From the IMG/VR virus record IMGVR_UViG_3300042885_000900: 54,999 nt of DNA; one strand, given 5' to 3'. The position numbers were made by a program, and so were the translations under genes. Within the stretch, counting starts at the first letter, position 1, and each line of letters opens with the position of its first letter. The notes under the pieces are model-generated. The model had not been told where the DNA came from. It saw only the letters and a program-made list of their open reading frames with translations, and ran no database searches. The stretch is from a virus (Duplodnaviria > Heunggongvirae > Uroviricota > Caudoviricetes). Positions 27,102 to 37,236 of the stretch are shown in pieces.

Positions 27102-27671
27102 TTATTTTGATATATTATATTCCAAATAATTATCCATTATTTCAATAATCTCGGGTGTCATATTTGGGACATCATTAATATTATATCCAAAACTTCGTAA
27201 GTAGTTGTCACCTGAATCATAAATGTCGTTATCATTCCCATAATATACGGCATTCAAACCAAAATTATTCACATCTTTAATTAATTCCTCGTAATACTCT
27301 AAAGCAATTTCATCAGATTCAAAATTATAATTCAAAACATCATTAACATATTCCAAATCATCATATTCGTTTCTCAATCTATGTAATGAGTATATTTCAT
27401 AAAAAGTTGGATTTCCGGTTATACCTTTTTTAATTGGTGTTGGGTGTCTTTGAGCAATCACCATAGATGTTCCCTGGTGATGTTGTTCCCACTCATGGAC
27501 ATCTCTAATAATACACCATTGACAATATGTTGCGTATTTACGTAATGCTCTATGAGTTAATGGTATAACAACCACAACTTCTTCGTCTCTATATAACTCA
27601 ATTCGTTCTTCTCTTGGAACTCTAACCTCCAATAACAAATCATTTTGTTTTTCTGTGATAATAAATTTCAT
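27102..27671 (-). CDS. Hypothetical protein with N-terminal ITE tag
   Basis: MKFIITEKQ; TATTTAT upstream. Confidence 0.8.
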   Translation of the reverse strand: MKFIITEKQNDLLLEVRVPREERIELYRDEEVVVVIPLTHRALRKYATYCQWCIIRDVHEWEQHHQGTSMVIAQRHPTPIKKGITGNPTFYEIYSLHRLRNEYDDLEYVNDVLNYNFESDEIALEYYEELIKDVNNFGLNAVYYGNDNDIYDSGDNYLRSFGYNINDVPNMTPEIIEIMDNYLEYNISK

Positions 27672-27711
27672 ATTTATAAATATATTAAAAAAAAAGTTAT
27701 ATCTTTGCAGG

Positions 27712-28086
27712 ATGAAAATATTTTTAGACGATAATAGAGTTCCTTACGATGTATTTAAAAACACAATTGACCCAATTTATGAAAATAATAATGATTGGAT
27801 AGTGGTTAAGGATTATTTAGAATTTGTAAACACCATTTTAGAATACGGATTACCGGAAGTAATATCGTTTGACCATGATTTATCTCAAAATCATTATTTA
27901 CCCGAAAATCAAACAAATATTAGTTATGATACCATAAAAGATAGGACAGGATTTGACGCCGCATTATGGTTAATAGGTTATTGTAGAATGAATAATATTA
28001 AATTACCAAAAGTTAAAGTTCATTCGGCAAATCAGGAGGGTAAAAAGAATATTGAAAGATTATTTTTCGGAGACAAAAGCTCTTAA
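27712..28086 (+). CDS. Cyclic-phosphate-processing receiver-like domain protein
   Basis: KIFLDD.R, ISFDHDL, TG.D, VHSANQEG. Confidence 0.75.
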   Translation: MKIFLDDNRVPYDVFKNTIDPIYENNNDWIVVKDYLEFVNTILEYGLPEVISFDHDLSQNHYLPENQTNISYDTIKDRTGFDAALWLIGYCRMNNIKLPKVKVHSANQEGKKNIERLFFGDKSS

Positions 28087-28641
28087 TTTCACTTTATCCC
28101 AATTTTTAAAGTCCTCACCATTATCACCAAGTTTTAATGTGGACATTGCTCTATGCCATCCCTCAACAATTTCATACTTACCATACTTATCTTTATGCAC
28201 AATTATTGGTTCGTTTTTACCTGTTGGGGTGGCTAGTTCTTTTTGTATTTCCATCCTTTTTTTGTCATCTTTAACAAAATAAGCATCAACCTCACCAAAT
28301 TCTCTCTCAATGAAGGAGTTTATATTGTTCTCAACAAAATCTTCAGGGTTAACTTTAATTATTTGTAATTTCCAAGGGCCTTTTAAATAATTATAAATCA
28401 TTTTACCTAAAAAAGGTATTGGGTCTCCGTGATATTGTCCCATCACAGTTTTATAACTCTCTTCATCACCACATAAAACATTCGTTACAAATTCCTTTAA
28501 GATATATTCCGGAGTATTTGGAAATTCTTTTTTGAATCTATTATAAAATGATTTACATACTGATGTTGCCGGCTTATAGAGGGGGATTGATTGGATGTCC
28601 TCCCATAATTTATATTGTTGCTCTGTTATTATTATTTTCAT
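28060..28641 (-). CDS. Protein with ITE tag and C-terminal ParB-like segment
   Basis: MKIIITEQQ; EPIIV...YEIVEGWHR. Confidence 0.65.
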   Translation of the reverse strand: MKIIITEQQYKLWEDIQSIPLYKPATSVCKSFYNRFKKEFPNTPEYILKEFVTNVLCGDEESYKTVMGQYHGDPIPFLGKMIYNYLKGPWKLQIIKVNPEDFVENNINSFIEREFGEVDAYFVKDDKKRMEIQKELATPTGKNEPIIVHKDKYGKYEIVEGWHRAMSTLKLGDNGEDFKNWDKVKLRAFVSEK

Positions 28642-28642
28642 A

Positions 28643-29104
28643 CTACATTCTATCTTTTATATCGTCCAACATACTCTCATCAAACTCAACTCCGTGTCTT
28701 TCTTGGAAATGGTCTAATAATATTCTAATTGGTTCGTAATATCCTTTATTCTGTAATAGTAGATACGCTCCCAAATCAGCTTCCAACTCGTCTTTTTCGT
28801 CTCTAGGTCCATCGTGACCCAACAATACATGAGTAATCTCGTGAGCTTCAATAAATTTTAAAATACTTGTGGCATCCGGTTGTCCCTCCAATATCTGTCC
28901 ATCAATAATGATTAAATTCTTACCAGGAACCATAAATCCAAAACCATATTCTTCAAAAAACCCCTCAACTTGGTTATATAACGGGTCGTTCTCAAATACC
29001 ACAACAACCGTGACTTCATCTAAAAATTCACTGGTATATTCTACTTGAGAATCGTCTTCTTTAATTAACTTTTTATATTGAGATTCTGTAATTATTAATT
29101 TCAT
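28643..29104 (-). CDS. HExxH metallopeptidase-like protein with ITE tag
   Basis: EAHEITHVLLGH...ELEAD. Confidence 0.7.
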   Translation of the reverse strand: MKLIITESQYKKLIKEDDSQVEYTSEFLDEVTVVVVFENDPLYNQVEGFFEEYGFGFMVPGKNLIIIDGQILEGQPDATSILKFIEAHEITHVLLGHDGPRDEKDELEADLGAYLLLQNKGYYEPIRILLDHFQERHGVEFDESMLDDIKDRM

Positions 29105-29493
29105 ATTTTATGAACCCCCCCCTTAAATGTTGATTGAGCATTTTCACCATATGTTTTATTAAACCATTCTAATATATCATTCTCAAACCACATTGTGTAT
29201 TGTTTGGCTCTATTATATATTTTTGTGTTAACATATAATCTATTTGGAGCTTCAGAACCTACTTCACCAACACCAGATTTCCAATCAGATGGTGAATCAA
29301 TTATTAAAGTAAAAAATATTTCATTTGTTTTTGGGTCGTAATATCTACGAGTAAGACCTCTTGACGAACTTTTAATTCTATCCATTTTTAAATCCCCAAT
29401 ATTTGGATATCTAATTTTTAAAAATGTATCAAAATCTGGTTTATTGTTTTCAACCAATATTTTATACTGACTTTCTGTTATTCTAATTTTCAT
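29101..29493 (-). CDS. Hypothetical protein with ITE tag
   Basis: MKIRITESQ. Confidence 0.8.
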   Translation of the reverse strand: MKIRITESQYKILVENNKPDFDTFLKIRYPNIGDLKMDRIKSSSRGLTRRYYDPKTNEIFFTLIIDSPSDWKSGVGEVGSEAPNRLYVNTKIYNRAKQYTMWFENDILEWFNKTYGENAQSTFKGGVHKI

Positions 29494-29541
29494 ATTGATA
29501 AATACTTTGAAATTATGTATCTTTACACAAAACTATAAATT

Positions 29542-30246
29542 ATGATAAAAAATACAACCCCTTACATCGGAAAAATCAGATTAAAATTTGAAAAGTATCC
29601 TGAATACACCGGAAAATCAAAATTAAACAAAATTCACCTTGATTTAGGTTTCACAAAACTGGTTTCAAGAATCACCCCCAAAAGAGATTTAAGTGGATGG
29701 ATAGTCAATCCGGAATGTGTTTATAAAATTAATAAGTACACTGGTGGTGTTATTAAAGAACACACTTTTGGAGATATAGACGAATATCCCCTACCAAATT
29801 CATTCTTATCAAAAGAAGGTGATTATATTGGTGATATTGAACGTGGTTGGTGGTATTACAAAAATAATATGGAGGTTTGTAACGAATACCCTAGAGGTGT
29901 TGCTAAAATAATGAATGAAGTCACTTATGTTAATCATCACTTATTTCCTGAAATAGAAGGTTATCACGGATACACCCATAGAGGTGGTCAAACATTTAAA
30001 CTTGGTGATAGATTATTTGACGCATCTTACGAACCAAAAGAAGAAGATTATGAAGAGTGGGAATGGGCTGGATGGAAACTTGAATATGATAAAAATTTAT
30101 CTGAAAGTGACGATTTTGATAAAAAATGGAGGTTAGAATCCGGTATCTCTAGTGTAATCCCATATAAAAAACGAGGTAGTAAAGTTATTGGAACTTTGGA
30201 AGATGCTTTACAAGCCGCTATCAATATGTCAAATGAATTGTCTTAA
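29542..30246 (+). CDS. Hypothetical protein
   Basis: 234-aa ORF. Confidence 0.8.
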   Translation: MIKNTTPYIGKIRLKFEKYPEYTGKSKLNKIHLDLGFTKLVSRITPKRDLSGWIVNPECVYKINKYTGGVIKEHTFGDIDEYPLPNSFLSKEGDYIGDIERGWWYYKNNMEVCNEYPRGVAKIMNEVTYVNHHLFPEIEGYHGYTHRGGQTFKLGDRLFDASYEPKEEDYEEWEWAGWKLEYDKNLSESDDFDKKWRLESGISSVIPYKKRGSKVIGTLEDALQAAINMSNELS

Positions 30247-30288
30247 AACAATAAACCCCCTTAATTGGGGGGGGGTTTTATTTAGTAA

Positions 30289-30792
30289 CTATTCAATGTA
30301 ATAAAGATTATTACCCTCATTACTAACACATTTATACCCTAATTTATCTATATTATTATCAGTTCCATTTAAATTTATTATCACTAAATCCGGTAAATCA
30401 CAAACATTTACATCTGAAAAATCTGCATACTCACAATTTATAACCCTCAAAAGTTGAATATTTCTTAGTAATGGTAATATTGAAATGAATCTTTTAGTTA
30501 TTTCAGATGATTTATTTTCAATAATTATATACTCCCGACGCGAGGAGTAATCTACTTCATCAAATAAATTATATTTTTTAAGTATTAACTCATTTTCCTC
30601 TTTTCCAATATCATAATCGTAATCATCATTGACATCACTGACATCTCGTGATATTGGAGAGTCCATTGTTGTTGTTTGTGTCCAATATCCGGTGTTATTA
30701 GGTTGTTCTTGTTCTGATATAACTCTTCCCCGTTTATACCCAAAAAGGTATTTTATATTTGCGATGTCTTCGTTAATTAATTTTTTATCCAT
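30289..30792 (-). CDS. Hypothetical protein, shared 28-aa N-terminus, LRR-like C-terminus
   Basis: MDKKLINEDIANIKYLFGYKRGRVISEQ. Confidence 0.75.
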   Translation of the reverse strand: MDKKLINEDIANIKYLFGYKRGRVISEQEQPNNTGYWTQTTTMDSPISRDVSDVNDDYDYDIGKEENELILKKYNLFDEVDYSSRREYIIIENKSSEITKRFISILPLLRNIQLLRVINCEYADFSDVNVCDLPDLVIINLNGTDNNIDKLGYKCVSNEGNNLYYIE

Positions 30793-30797
30793 TTTTA

Positions 30798-31178
30798 TTA
30801 AAAATCTTCATTAAAATCACCTTCTTCGTAATCAAAATCACCCATTTCAGTACCACCAAATTTTGTTCCATAAGGAATATCGGTTGGATGATGTTCAAAC
30901 CCTAATTCTTCTCCGTGTGCACTAGGGTGAAACCCAACACCATGTTTGTGTGTTCCAACAATTTCACCAGTGTCAGAATGTTTTACCAATCTTGAAGGTC
31001 GTTTTTTTTCAGTATTAAAATTTACTTTTTCCGTATCCCATAAATCTTCATCTAATTCAGTATCTAAATAACCTTCAGTGGTGTAATCATAATCTTGTTC
31101 TGAAATAACTCTTCCAGCTTTATACCCAAAAAGATATTTCATATTAGCAATATCTTCATTAATTAATTTCTTATCCAT
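30798..31178 (-). CDS. Hypothetical protein, shared 28-aa N-terminus
   Basis: MDKKLINEDIANMKYLFGYKAGRVISEQ. Confidence 0.75.
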   Translation of the reverse strand: MDKKLINEDIANMKYLFGYKAGRVISEQDYDYTTEGYLDTELDEDLWDTEKVNFNTEKKRPSRLVKHSDTGEIVGTHKHGVGFHPSAHGEELGFEHHPTDIPYGTKFGGTEMGDFDYEEGDFNEDF

Positions 31179-31211
31179 TTTAATTGTTTTTATTATAAAT
31201 ATCAAAATATT

Positions 31212-31874
31212 TTAAATATACTTGAACGTATACCCTTTTACTTGATTCCTTTTACCATTAGCAACCATACTAGCTTTACTACCATCATTTTTCGGACATA
31301 ACCCAACACTCCTACAAGCCTCTGAGATTGAATGGTAAATACCAATAATTTCTTTAGTATTATAATTTAATAATAAAGTTTTTTTTGCTTGACCTGATTT
31401 AATTGTTCTTAATGATTGTTTATGTTTTTCTTCCTCAGACCTTTTTTGACCAGTTAAAGATTTACTTCTTTTTAATCTGGTTTCTTCCGATGGTGATTTA
31501 CCAAAATTGGGGTTTTTATTCCCTAATTTAGATTGTCTCATTTTTTCTTTAGTGTCGTCAGACATAATATAATTCCATATACCGTCACCACCATCCGTCA
31601 TATTACATAAAATCCCAGTACTCAAATCTTTTCTACCGTATAATTTAATAAACTCTTGTTCTTTTTCCGAAGCTTGATTTTTAGTTAAATTTTCTAAAAT
31701 AATCTCAATTTCAATATCAGATTTATTAAAAATTTTACACCAAATTTCATTACGTCTGTCAGGTTCGGTTTGATATGCTCTCGCATAATTTTTTTTATTA
31801 CCAATACCAATGTAAAAAGGTTCATTCTTGTCTAGTCTAACGTGTCTATAAACATACCAATTATTTTCCATCAT
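31212..31874 (-). CDS. GIY-YIG homing endonuclease with NUMOD3-like repeats
   Basis: YVYRH...FYIGIG; NMTDGGDG; KMRQSKLG. Confidence 0.88.
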   Translation of the reverse strand: MMENNWYVYRHVRLDKNEPFYIGIGNKKNYARAYQTEPDRRNEIWCKIFNKSDIEIEIILENLTKNQASEKEQEFIKLYGRKDLSTGILCNMTDGGDGIWNYIMSDDTKEKMRQSKLGNKNPNFGKSPSEETRLKRSKSLTGQKRSEEEKHKQSLRTIKSGQAKKTLLLNYNTKEIIGIYHSISEACRSVGLCPKNDGSKASMVANGKRNQVKGYTFKYI

Positions 31875-31998
31875 ACTTTTTTATTTCGTTAAGTATTAAT
31901 TTTTCAACCCAATCATTTAATTTAATAGAATTATCTTTACAATAATCTTTTAATTTTTGGTGGGTTTCTTTACTAATTATTAAAGTTTTTCTTTCCAT
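31861..31998 (-). CDS. Small ribbon-helix-helix-like DNA-binding protein
   Basis: KTLIISKETHQKLKDYC...LNDWVEKLI. Confidence 0.6.
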   Translation of the reverse strand: MERKTLIISKETHQKLKDYCKDNSIKLNDWVEKLILNEIKKYDGK

Positions 31999-32047
31999 AA
32001 TAATAAATATCATGGAAATATAAAAAAGTATAAAAAAGTATAAAAAA

Positions 32048-32863
32048 TTACGACAATAATTTATAAAATTCATTAAAATGTTTCAATCTATCCTCAATCC
32101 CTATTACCCCCCCATTTACACATCTTGTAACACTTTTCACTATTTCTCTTGACGAACCACCATCACATTTTTTAATACAATTTTTACTAAAGAACCAAGA
32201 CGCTGACAATAATGGGTATTTTTCAGCAACTAATTCTGGATGTGAAACTAAATCAACACCGATTGATTTACCGAATGCAATATAATTGTCTTTACCTGTC
32301 AACTGGATAAAACCTTTACCTGAAAATTTATATCCCTCCTTTGTTGATTCATTACCATTACCCATTCTACCACCATATACTTTTGATGCAATTTTTTCAG
32401 GGTTTTTAGCGTAAGATTCTGATAAGTTACCAGGAAAATATTTTGGAAAGGTTTTTTTAAGACCTTCAGCTGAATAATTTAAATTTTCTTTCACTATTTT
32501 AAATCCACCCGATTCGTGACTACATTGAGATAAGAAATGAGACAACCTTAATGGGGTATTAATTTTGAATTTTTCAACAACTTCAGGAATTTGAGCAATA
32601 ACCGAATCCGGAACATGACCTTTTAATTTATCCAATTTTAATCCCCCTGAAGATGGAATTACAACATCCTCTTTTATCACTTTAGGAAACATCTTATTCC
32701 AAGTTCCATCTCCAACAATTCCGTCAGCGGTTAACCCGTTTTTGGTTTGCCATTCTTTAACCAATTTCTCTGTTCCTGGACCAAATGACCCATCAGAAGT
32801 GGTACCTAATTTTGTTTGTAGTTTTTTTACATCGTCACCTACTGACCCTATTTTTAATAACAT
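32048..32863 (-). CDS. Endolysin: peptidoglycan-binding domain plus GH19 catalytic domain
   Basis: DG.FG..T repeats; HFLSQCSHESGGF; GKGFIQLTGKDNY; VNGG..G..DR. Confidence 0.92.
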   Translation of the reverse strand: MLLKIGSVGDDVKKLQTKLGTTSDGSFGPGTEKLVKEWQTKNGLTADGIVGDGTWNKMFPKVIKEDVVIPSSGGLKLDKLKGHVPDSVIAQIPEVVEKFKINTPLRLSHFLSQCSHESGGFKIVKENLNYSAEGLKKTFPKYFPGNLSESYAKNPEKIASKVYGGRMGNGNESTKEGYKFSGKGFIQLTGKDNYIAFGKSIGVDLVSHPELVAEKYPLLSASWFFSKNCIKKCDGGSSREIVKSVTRCVNGGVIGIEDRLKHFNEFYKLLS

Positions 32864-32979
32864 AATATATAATTAAATGATGTTTATTTAATTATAAATA
32901 TCGTTTAATTATTTATTCTTCGTGTGTTTATTAGTTTTTGGTGTTGTGTGTTTATTAGTTTTTGATGTAAAAAAAAAGA

Positions 32980-33153
32980 TTACACTTTACGTGTAACCTT
33001 TTTAACTGTAACTCTCGGACTCTTACTTTTTATTTCAACTTCATAAGGACCAAACTTATTCTTGGAGGTATCGTATCTCCAAATAATTGTTTCATCGGGG
33101 TCGTCAAAAACTTGTTCCCACTTTTTTCCTAATTCTTTTATAACTTTACTCAT
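32980..33153 (-). CDS. Small hypothetical protein
   Basis: Start re-called to MSKVIKE. Confidence 0.65.
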   Translation of the reverse strand: MSKVIKELGKKWEQVFDDPDETIIWRYDTSKNKFGPYEVEIKSKSPRVTVKKVTRKV

Positions 33154-33298
33154 AGGCCAAAGGTAATAAATTATTTTATAATTACCAAATGAACTTGGAG
33201 GAAATTCCGCCAAGTTCAATTAATATATACTTATTGGTAATAATTACACTATATTCAGATATGTTTTACTTTTTAAATCATCCATTTATATTTATAAT

Positions 33299-33481
33299 AT
33301 GAACGACACAGAAAAAGCCCAAAGATACAACCAGTTAACTTATAATTTTGATAAGCTGGCAAATGAAATTTCATCAATTAAAGGTGAGAGTATTGATTTA
33401 AATCCACAACAATTAACAAAGATTAGACAACTTCAAGAACAACAACAAAGGTTGATGGCTGAACTACAAAGATTAATGTAG
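33299..33481 (+). CDS. Small coiled-coil protein
   Basis: ORF; TATTTAT upstream. Confidence 0.75.
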   Translation: MNDTEKAQRYNQLTYNFDKLANEISSIKGESIDLNPQQLTKIRQLQEQQQRLMAELQRLM

Positions 33482-33512
33482 AAAATTTTAGTAAATTAAG
33501 ATATTTATTGTT

Positions 33513-33752
33513 ATGGAAAAGATAATTAAATTAACCGAAAAAGATTTAACAGAAATTGTTAAACGAGTTATTTCTGAACAAAATGATAATTTTAATCCCG
33601 ATAGATTATATAGAAAAGAATCTATGATTGGTAGAATTAAAAGAGGTCCAAAATTTATTCACAAATATGTCAAAACATTACCCGACTTAAAAAAAGAAGG
33701 TTCTGATGAAGTATGGACTAAAATACCTCAAGTAGTTTGGCAAAACATATAA
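33513..33752 (+). CDS. Hypothetical protein with LTE tag
   Basis: MEKIIKLTEKDL...ISEQ. Confidence 0.8.
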   Translation: MEKIIKLTEKDLTEIVKRVISEQNDNFNPDRLYRKESMIGRIKRGPKFIHKYVKTLPDLKKEGSDEVWTKIPQVVWQNI

Positions 33753-33787
33753 AAAACAAACCCCCTCTGAAAAGAAGGGGTTTTTTA

Positions 33788-34489
33788 TTATACAAACTCT
33801 AATTCGTTTGTTTCCGGATTCCAATCAACTGTCATTGGTTTTTGAGTGTAAGTATATCTTTCATTCAAAACAGAAGAGTTAAAGTGATGAGTATCCCCTT
33901 TTCTAACATAACCATATCCGGTGTGGATATGACCTACATTATGAAGTTTAACATTAAGAACTTCCAATCTTTCCGCCATTAACTCACATCCCAAGTTTTC
34001 ACTTCTTCTACCATCAACGGTATCTAAAATACCAAATGCCGGTCCGTGAGTAAGTAAGATATCGGTATCATCAGGGATTGCTTCCCATTTGGTAGATAAT
34101 CCTGGACCATTTTTAGGTAAGTTAAACGCCCAACCGTGAAATTCTGGTTGCCAAGGAGCTCCATAGATTTTTACTTCTCTTTCATCCCCAATTTTAACTT
34201 TAACCTCACTATCTTGAAGGTAAGTAATTCCACTGTAGAATTCCAAAATCTCTTTCACCTTATCAACATTGTCTTGGAATCCCCAATCGTGGTTTCCAGC
34301 AATGAATATCTTGTGAGTATAACCTTCAATTTTGTTGAACCATTTACAGAACTCTCTGATTTCGTGTTCGTAACCCATAGATGTTAAATCACCACTATGT
34401 AGTAAGATATCACCACCAGGTAAATCCAATGTGATTTGTTTGTGTTTATTGTGAGTGTCCGACAAAAGTGTCACTCTAATATTTCCCAT
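33788..34489 (-). CDS. Calcineurin-like metallophosphoesterase
   Basis: SDTH, GD, GNHD, THGP, GHIH. Confidence 0.92.
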   Translation of the reverse strand: MGNIRVTLLSDTHNKHKQITLDLPGGDILLHSGDLTSMGYEHEIREFCKWFNKIEGYTHKIFIAGNHDWGFQDNVDKVKEILEFYSGITYLQDSEVKVKIGDEREVKIYGAPWQPEFHGWAFNLPKNGPGLSTKWEAIPDDTDILLTHGPAFGILDTVDGRRSENLGCELMAERLEVLNVKLHNVGHIHTGYGYVRKGDTHHFNSSVLNERYTYTQKPMTVDWNPETNELEFV

Positions 34490-34526
34490 TATTTCTATTT
34501 TTTTTTACAAAGATAATAAATTAATA

Positions 34527-34739
34527 TTATTCTTTGTCATAATCTTTACTAAATTCTTCATCTTCTAATCCGTCCATTAATGTGACATCCCAATCTGATA
34601 TATCATCATCAAAATCAAATCCACTAAATTCCTCACCTTTATAATCAGGATGATTTTTTTGCATATAATCAATTCCCGACACCCATAATAATGAGATGAC
34701 CGTAACCACCAAAAACATAACTAAATAAACTATCCACAT
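34527..34739 (-). CDS. Small membrane protein
   Basis: N-terminal TM helix, acidic tail. Confidence 0.75.
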   Translation of the reverse strand: MWIVYLVMFLVVTVISLLWVSGIDYMQKNHPDYKGEEFSGFDFDDDISDWDVTLMDGLEDEEFSKDYDKE

Positions 34740-34743
34740 ATTT

Positions 34744-35004
34744 TTAAAATTTAGATTCTCTTTGTAATATAATCCCTTTAACTATTTTATTTTTTTTCAA
34801 AGGTGTATCCTCTTCGGTTATTTCGTGGGGACCGTAATAAGATTCATTATTAACATTTAAATCTATTGTACTAATTTCAGGAACTCCTCCTTCGGTATAT
34901 TTTATTTTTATATCCGCATATCCACCTTCGTAACCTCTAACAAGGACAACAATAGATTTATCTTTAATACCGTTTAAAACATTAATTAATTCTTCTACTG
35001 TCAT
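34744..35004 (-). CDS. Hypothetical protein
   Basis: MTVEELI..L ORF. Confidence 0.75.
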   Translation of the reverse strand: MTVEELINVLNGIKDKSIVVLVRGYEGGYADIKIKYTEGGVPEISTIDLNVNNESYYGPHEITEEDTPLKKNKIVKGIILQRESKF

Positions 35005-35174
35005 ACCCCATGTTTTTTTATTCTTAATTCTGTATATCGTTCATCATCACCAGGTTGTGTATAACCCTGCGTTAGAATATATTCTAAATTGATTAACTCT
35101 TGATATTCCTCCAAGGTTAAATTTCCTCGGAGTTCTTCTGACACTTTATCCCAAATTTCTTTAAATGTCCTCAT
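35001..35174 (-). CDS. Small hypothetical protein (57 aa)
   Basis: Hand-translated MRTFKEIWDK...; ATGA overlaps at both ends. Confidence 0.7.
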   Translation of the reverse strand: MRTFKEIWDKVSEELRGNLTLEEYQELINLEYILTQGYTQPGDDERYTELRIKKHGV

Positions 35175-35863
35175 AGTTTAAATTTAAAAATAAAACCACC
35201 GGCTGTTTTTTTTTTATTGTGCAAATTACCTGATATTGAGGTTCTACTTATTCCTAACTCAATAGACGCTGTTTTAGTGCTATCCCATTCCTTGATAAAT
35301 TCATCGTCTTCTGTATATTGTAAAATTGGTTTAAATTGTTGTGGAGCGGGTTTTCCAAATCTTATAGAATGGTTTGTTTTATAAAACTCTTTCATTTTAC
35401 TTGCAGCGTTTTCACTTCTTTTTTTTCTTTCTTCATCGGTTAAACTATCCCAATATTTTTTAACACCTTCTCGTCGTTTTTCTTTTTCTTTTTCAGCGTT
35501 TTCACCGTGAAGTTCATCGTAGGTTTTATCTTTAAAAAATTCTTGTATTTTGGTTTTACTTTTTTCCGTATGGTGTTTTTTAAATCCTTCTCCACCATCC
35601 GTTAGATTACATAACGAACCCGTTTTATTCGATATTTTACCATAAAGTTTTATTAATTCCTCTTCTTTTTCACAAGCTTCCTCCCAACTGATATTATCGA
35701 ACAAAATATCTACAATATATTCAGTTTTTTTTATTATTTTATACCAAAGATAATTTCTTTTATATGTGACATAAGCTCGTTTATAGTTATCTAAATGAGA
35801 ACCAATACCGATGTAAAAAATTTCATTATTATCTAATCTTGTGTGTTTATATACGTAAGCCAT
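35171..35863 (-). CDS. GIY-YIG homing endonuclease with NUMOD1-like C-terminus
   Basis: YVYKH...FYIGIG; NLTDGGEG; KPILQY...FIKEWDS...AGGFIF. Confidence 0.88.
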   Translation of the reverse strand: MAYVYKHTRLDNNEIFYIGIGSHLDNYKRAYVTYKRNYLWYKIIKKTEYIVDILFDNISWEEACEKEEELIKLYGKISNKTGSLCNLTDGGEGFKKHHTEKSKTKIQEFFKDKTYDELHGENAEKEKEKRREGVKKYWDSLTDEERKKRSENAASKMKEFYKTNHSIRFGKPAPQQFKPILQYTEDDEFIKEWDSTKTASIELGISRTSISGNLHNKKKTAGGFIFKFKL

Positions 35864-35928
35864 TTATAGTTTTTACTATAAATGGTTTGGAAATATTGAA
35901 AAGTGGTGGATTTATTAAAAAATCTCAA

Positions 35929-36564
35929 CTAATTCCACCATTTTTCAATTTCTGACTCCATTATTTTGAATAATAATTTTCTTGCTCTGTCGTGATTTAT
36001 GTGACCAATATTCATTGCGATTATTTGTTTATCTTCCTCACGACCTTCTCTACCAAAAACACCTTCACCATTTAACACTCTTTTGTAAATTAATGGATAT
36101 TTTTTGAAGTAATCATCAAAATTTTCTTCTAATAAACGTGATTCCCAAGATGAATAACCCGGTTTTTCCGGCAAATCCTCAAACCAGTGTTTAGTGTTAT
36201 GATAATCGGTGTATTCCGTCGAATAAAACTCATCTTGAACCAACCCCATTAATTTTACACACAATCTCATTCTTTTAGCGTCTTGTTGTGCTCTGGTATG
36301 TAAGTCTCTACGACCGATATAATTCGCTTGAGCAGAGATTTTATGTTTCATTATCTCAAAAATATAATGACTATCCCAATTTCTATCTTTCCATATGATT
36401 GGGAGCCAATAAATTAGGTTTTTTACACCAAATTTAATATATTTGTGGTAATATTTACCATCGTGATTCCACCACGCTGGAATGTATCGTAATTTTTTAA
36501 CAATCCACGATTCTTTTTCTCTTTCTTCAGACCATTGGTCAAATATGTCTTTTTCTGGTTCCAT
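35929..36564 (-). CDS. Hypothetical protein
   Basis: ORF after a TAnnTTTG promoter. Confidence 0.8.
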   Translation of the reverse strand: MEPEKDIFDQWSEEREKESWIVKKLRYIPAWWNHDGKYYHKYIKFGVKNLIYWLPIIWKDRNWDSHYIFEIMKHKISAQANYIGRRDLHTRAQQDAKRMRLCVKLMGLVQDEFYSTEYTDYHNTKHWFEDLPEKPGYSSWESRLLEENFDDYFKKYPLIYKRVLNGEGVFGREGREEDKQIIAMNIGHINHDRARKLLFKIMESEIEKWWN

Positions 36565-36662
36565 TTCTTTTTTTTACAAAGATAGTCAATTATTTTATAT
36601 AAAAAAATGGATTGATAAAAAATAAATTGAATTTCCTCATTTTTTTATTTATATTTATTAAT

Positions 36663-36932
36663 ATGAAAAGAGTCGTGGAAATATTAATAAATAAAACCCA
36701 TAAAAAAGAATTATCAATATTGTTTGGTGAAGGGTCTCATGTAAAGGTTAATGATGTGAAATATATTTCAAACAATAAAACATATATAATAGATTGTAAA
36801 TTATACACAAGTGACCCCGAAACTTGTGCCGATACATACCCTTCTGGATTAGATTTTATCGCAAGAGAATCTTGGAAATATATAGGATTTACCCAAAATA
36901 TTTCCGTACTATCCTCAATTGATGTTATATAA
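36663..36932 (+). CDS. Hypothetical protein
   Basis: Start re-called to MKRVV. Confidence 0.7.
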   Translation: MKRVVEILINKTHKKELSILFGEGSHVKVNDVKYISNNKTYIIDCKLYTSDPETCADTYPSGLDFIARESWKYIGFTQNISVLSSIDVI

Positions 36933-37116
36933 AAAGATATACCTCATCAATTAAACCTTCCTTAATAAACCTTTCAAAAACATCGTCAGATATTTCACAA
37001 AGACTTTTAGTAGAGTTTTCTTCTTTAATTTTAGTGATTTCAGATGAGAATTCTTTGAATACACCAGATAGATAAGCAAAATGGAATTGTTCGTCCATAA
37101 TTTGTTCGTTTGACAT
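36925..37116 (-). CDS. Hypothetical protein
   Basis: ORF. Confidence 0.65.
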   Translation of the reverse strand: MSNEQIMDEQFHFAYLSGVFKEFSSEITKIKEENSTKSLCEISDDVFERFIKEGLIDEVYLFI

Positions 37117-37236
37117 TGTAAAACAAGGGTTTAAGAAAGATTATTATTATTATAATTATAGGATAAAAAGATTTTTTAATCAATATGTTTGACTATTATT
37201 TTAATTCTATTTATCTTTATAAAAAATATTTAAAAT

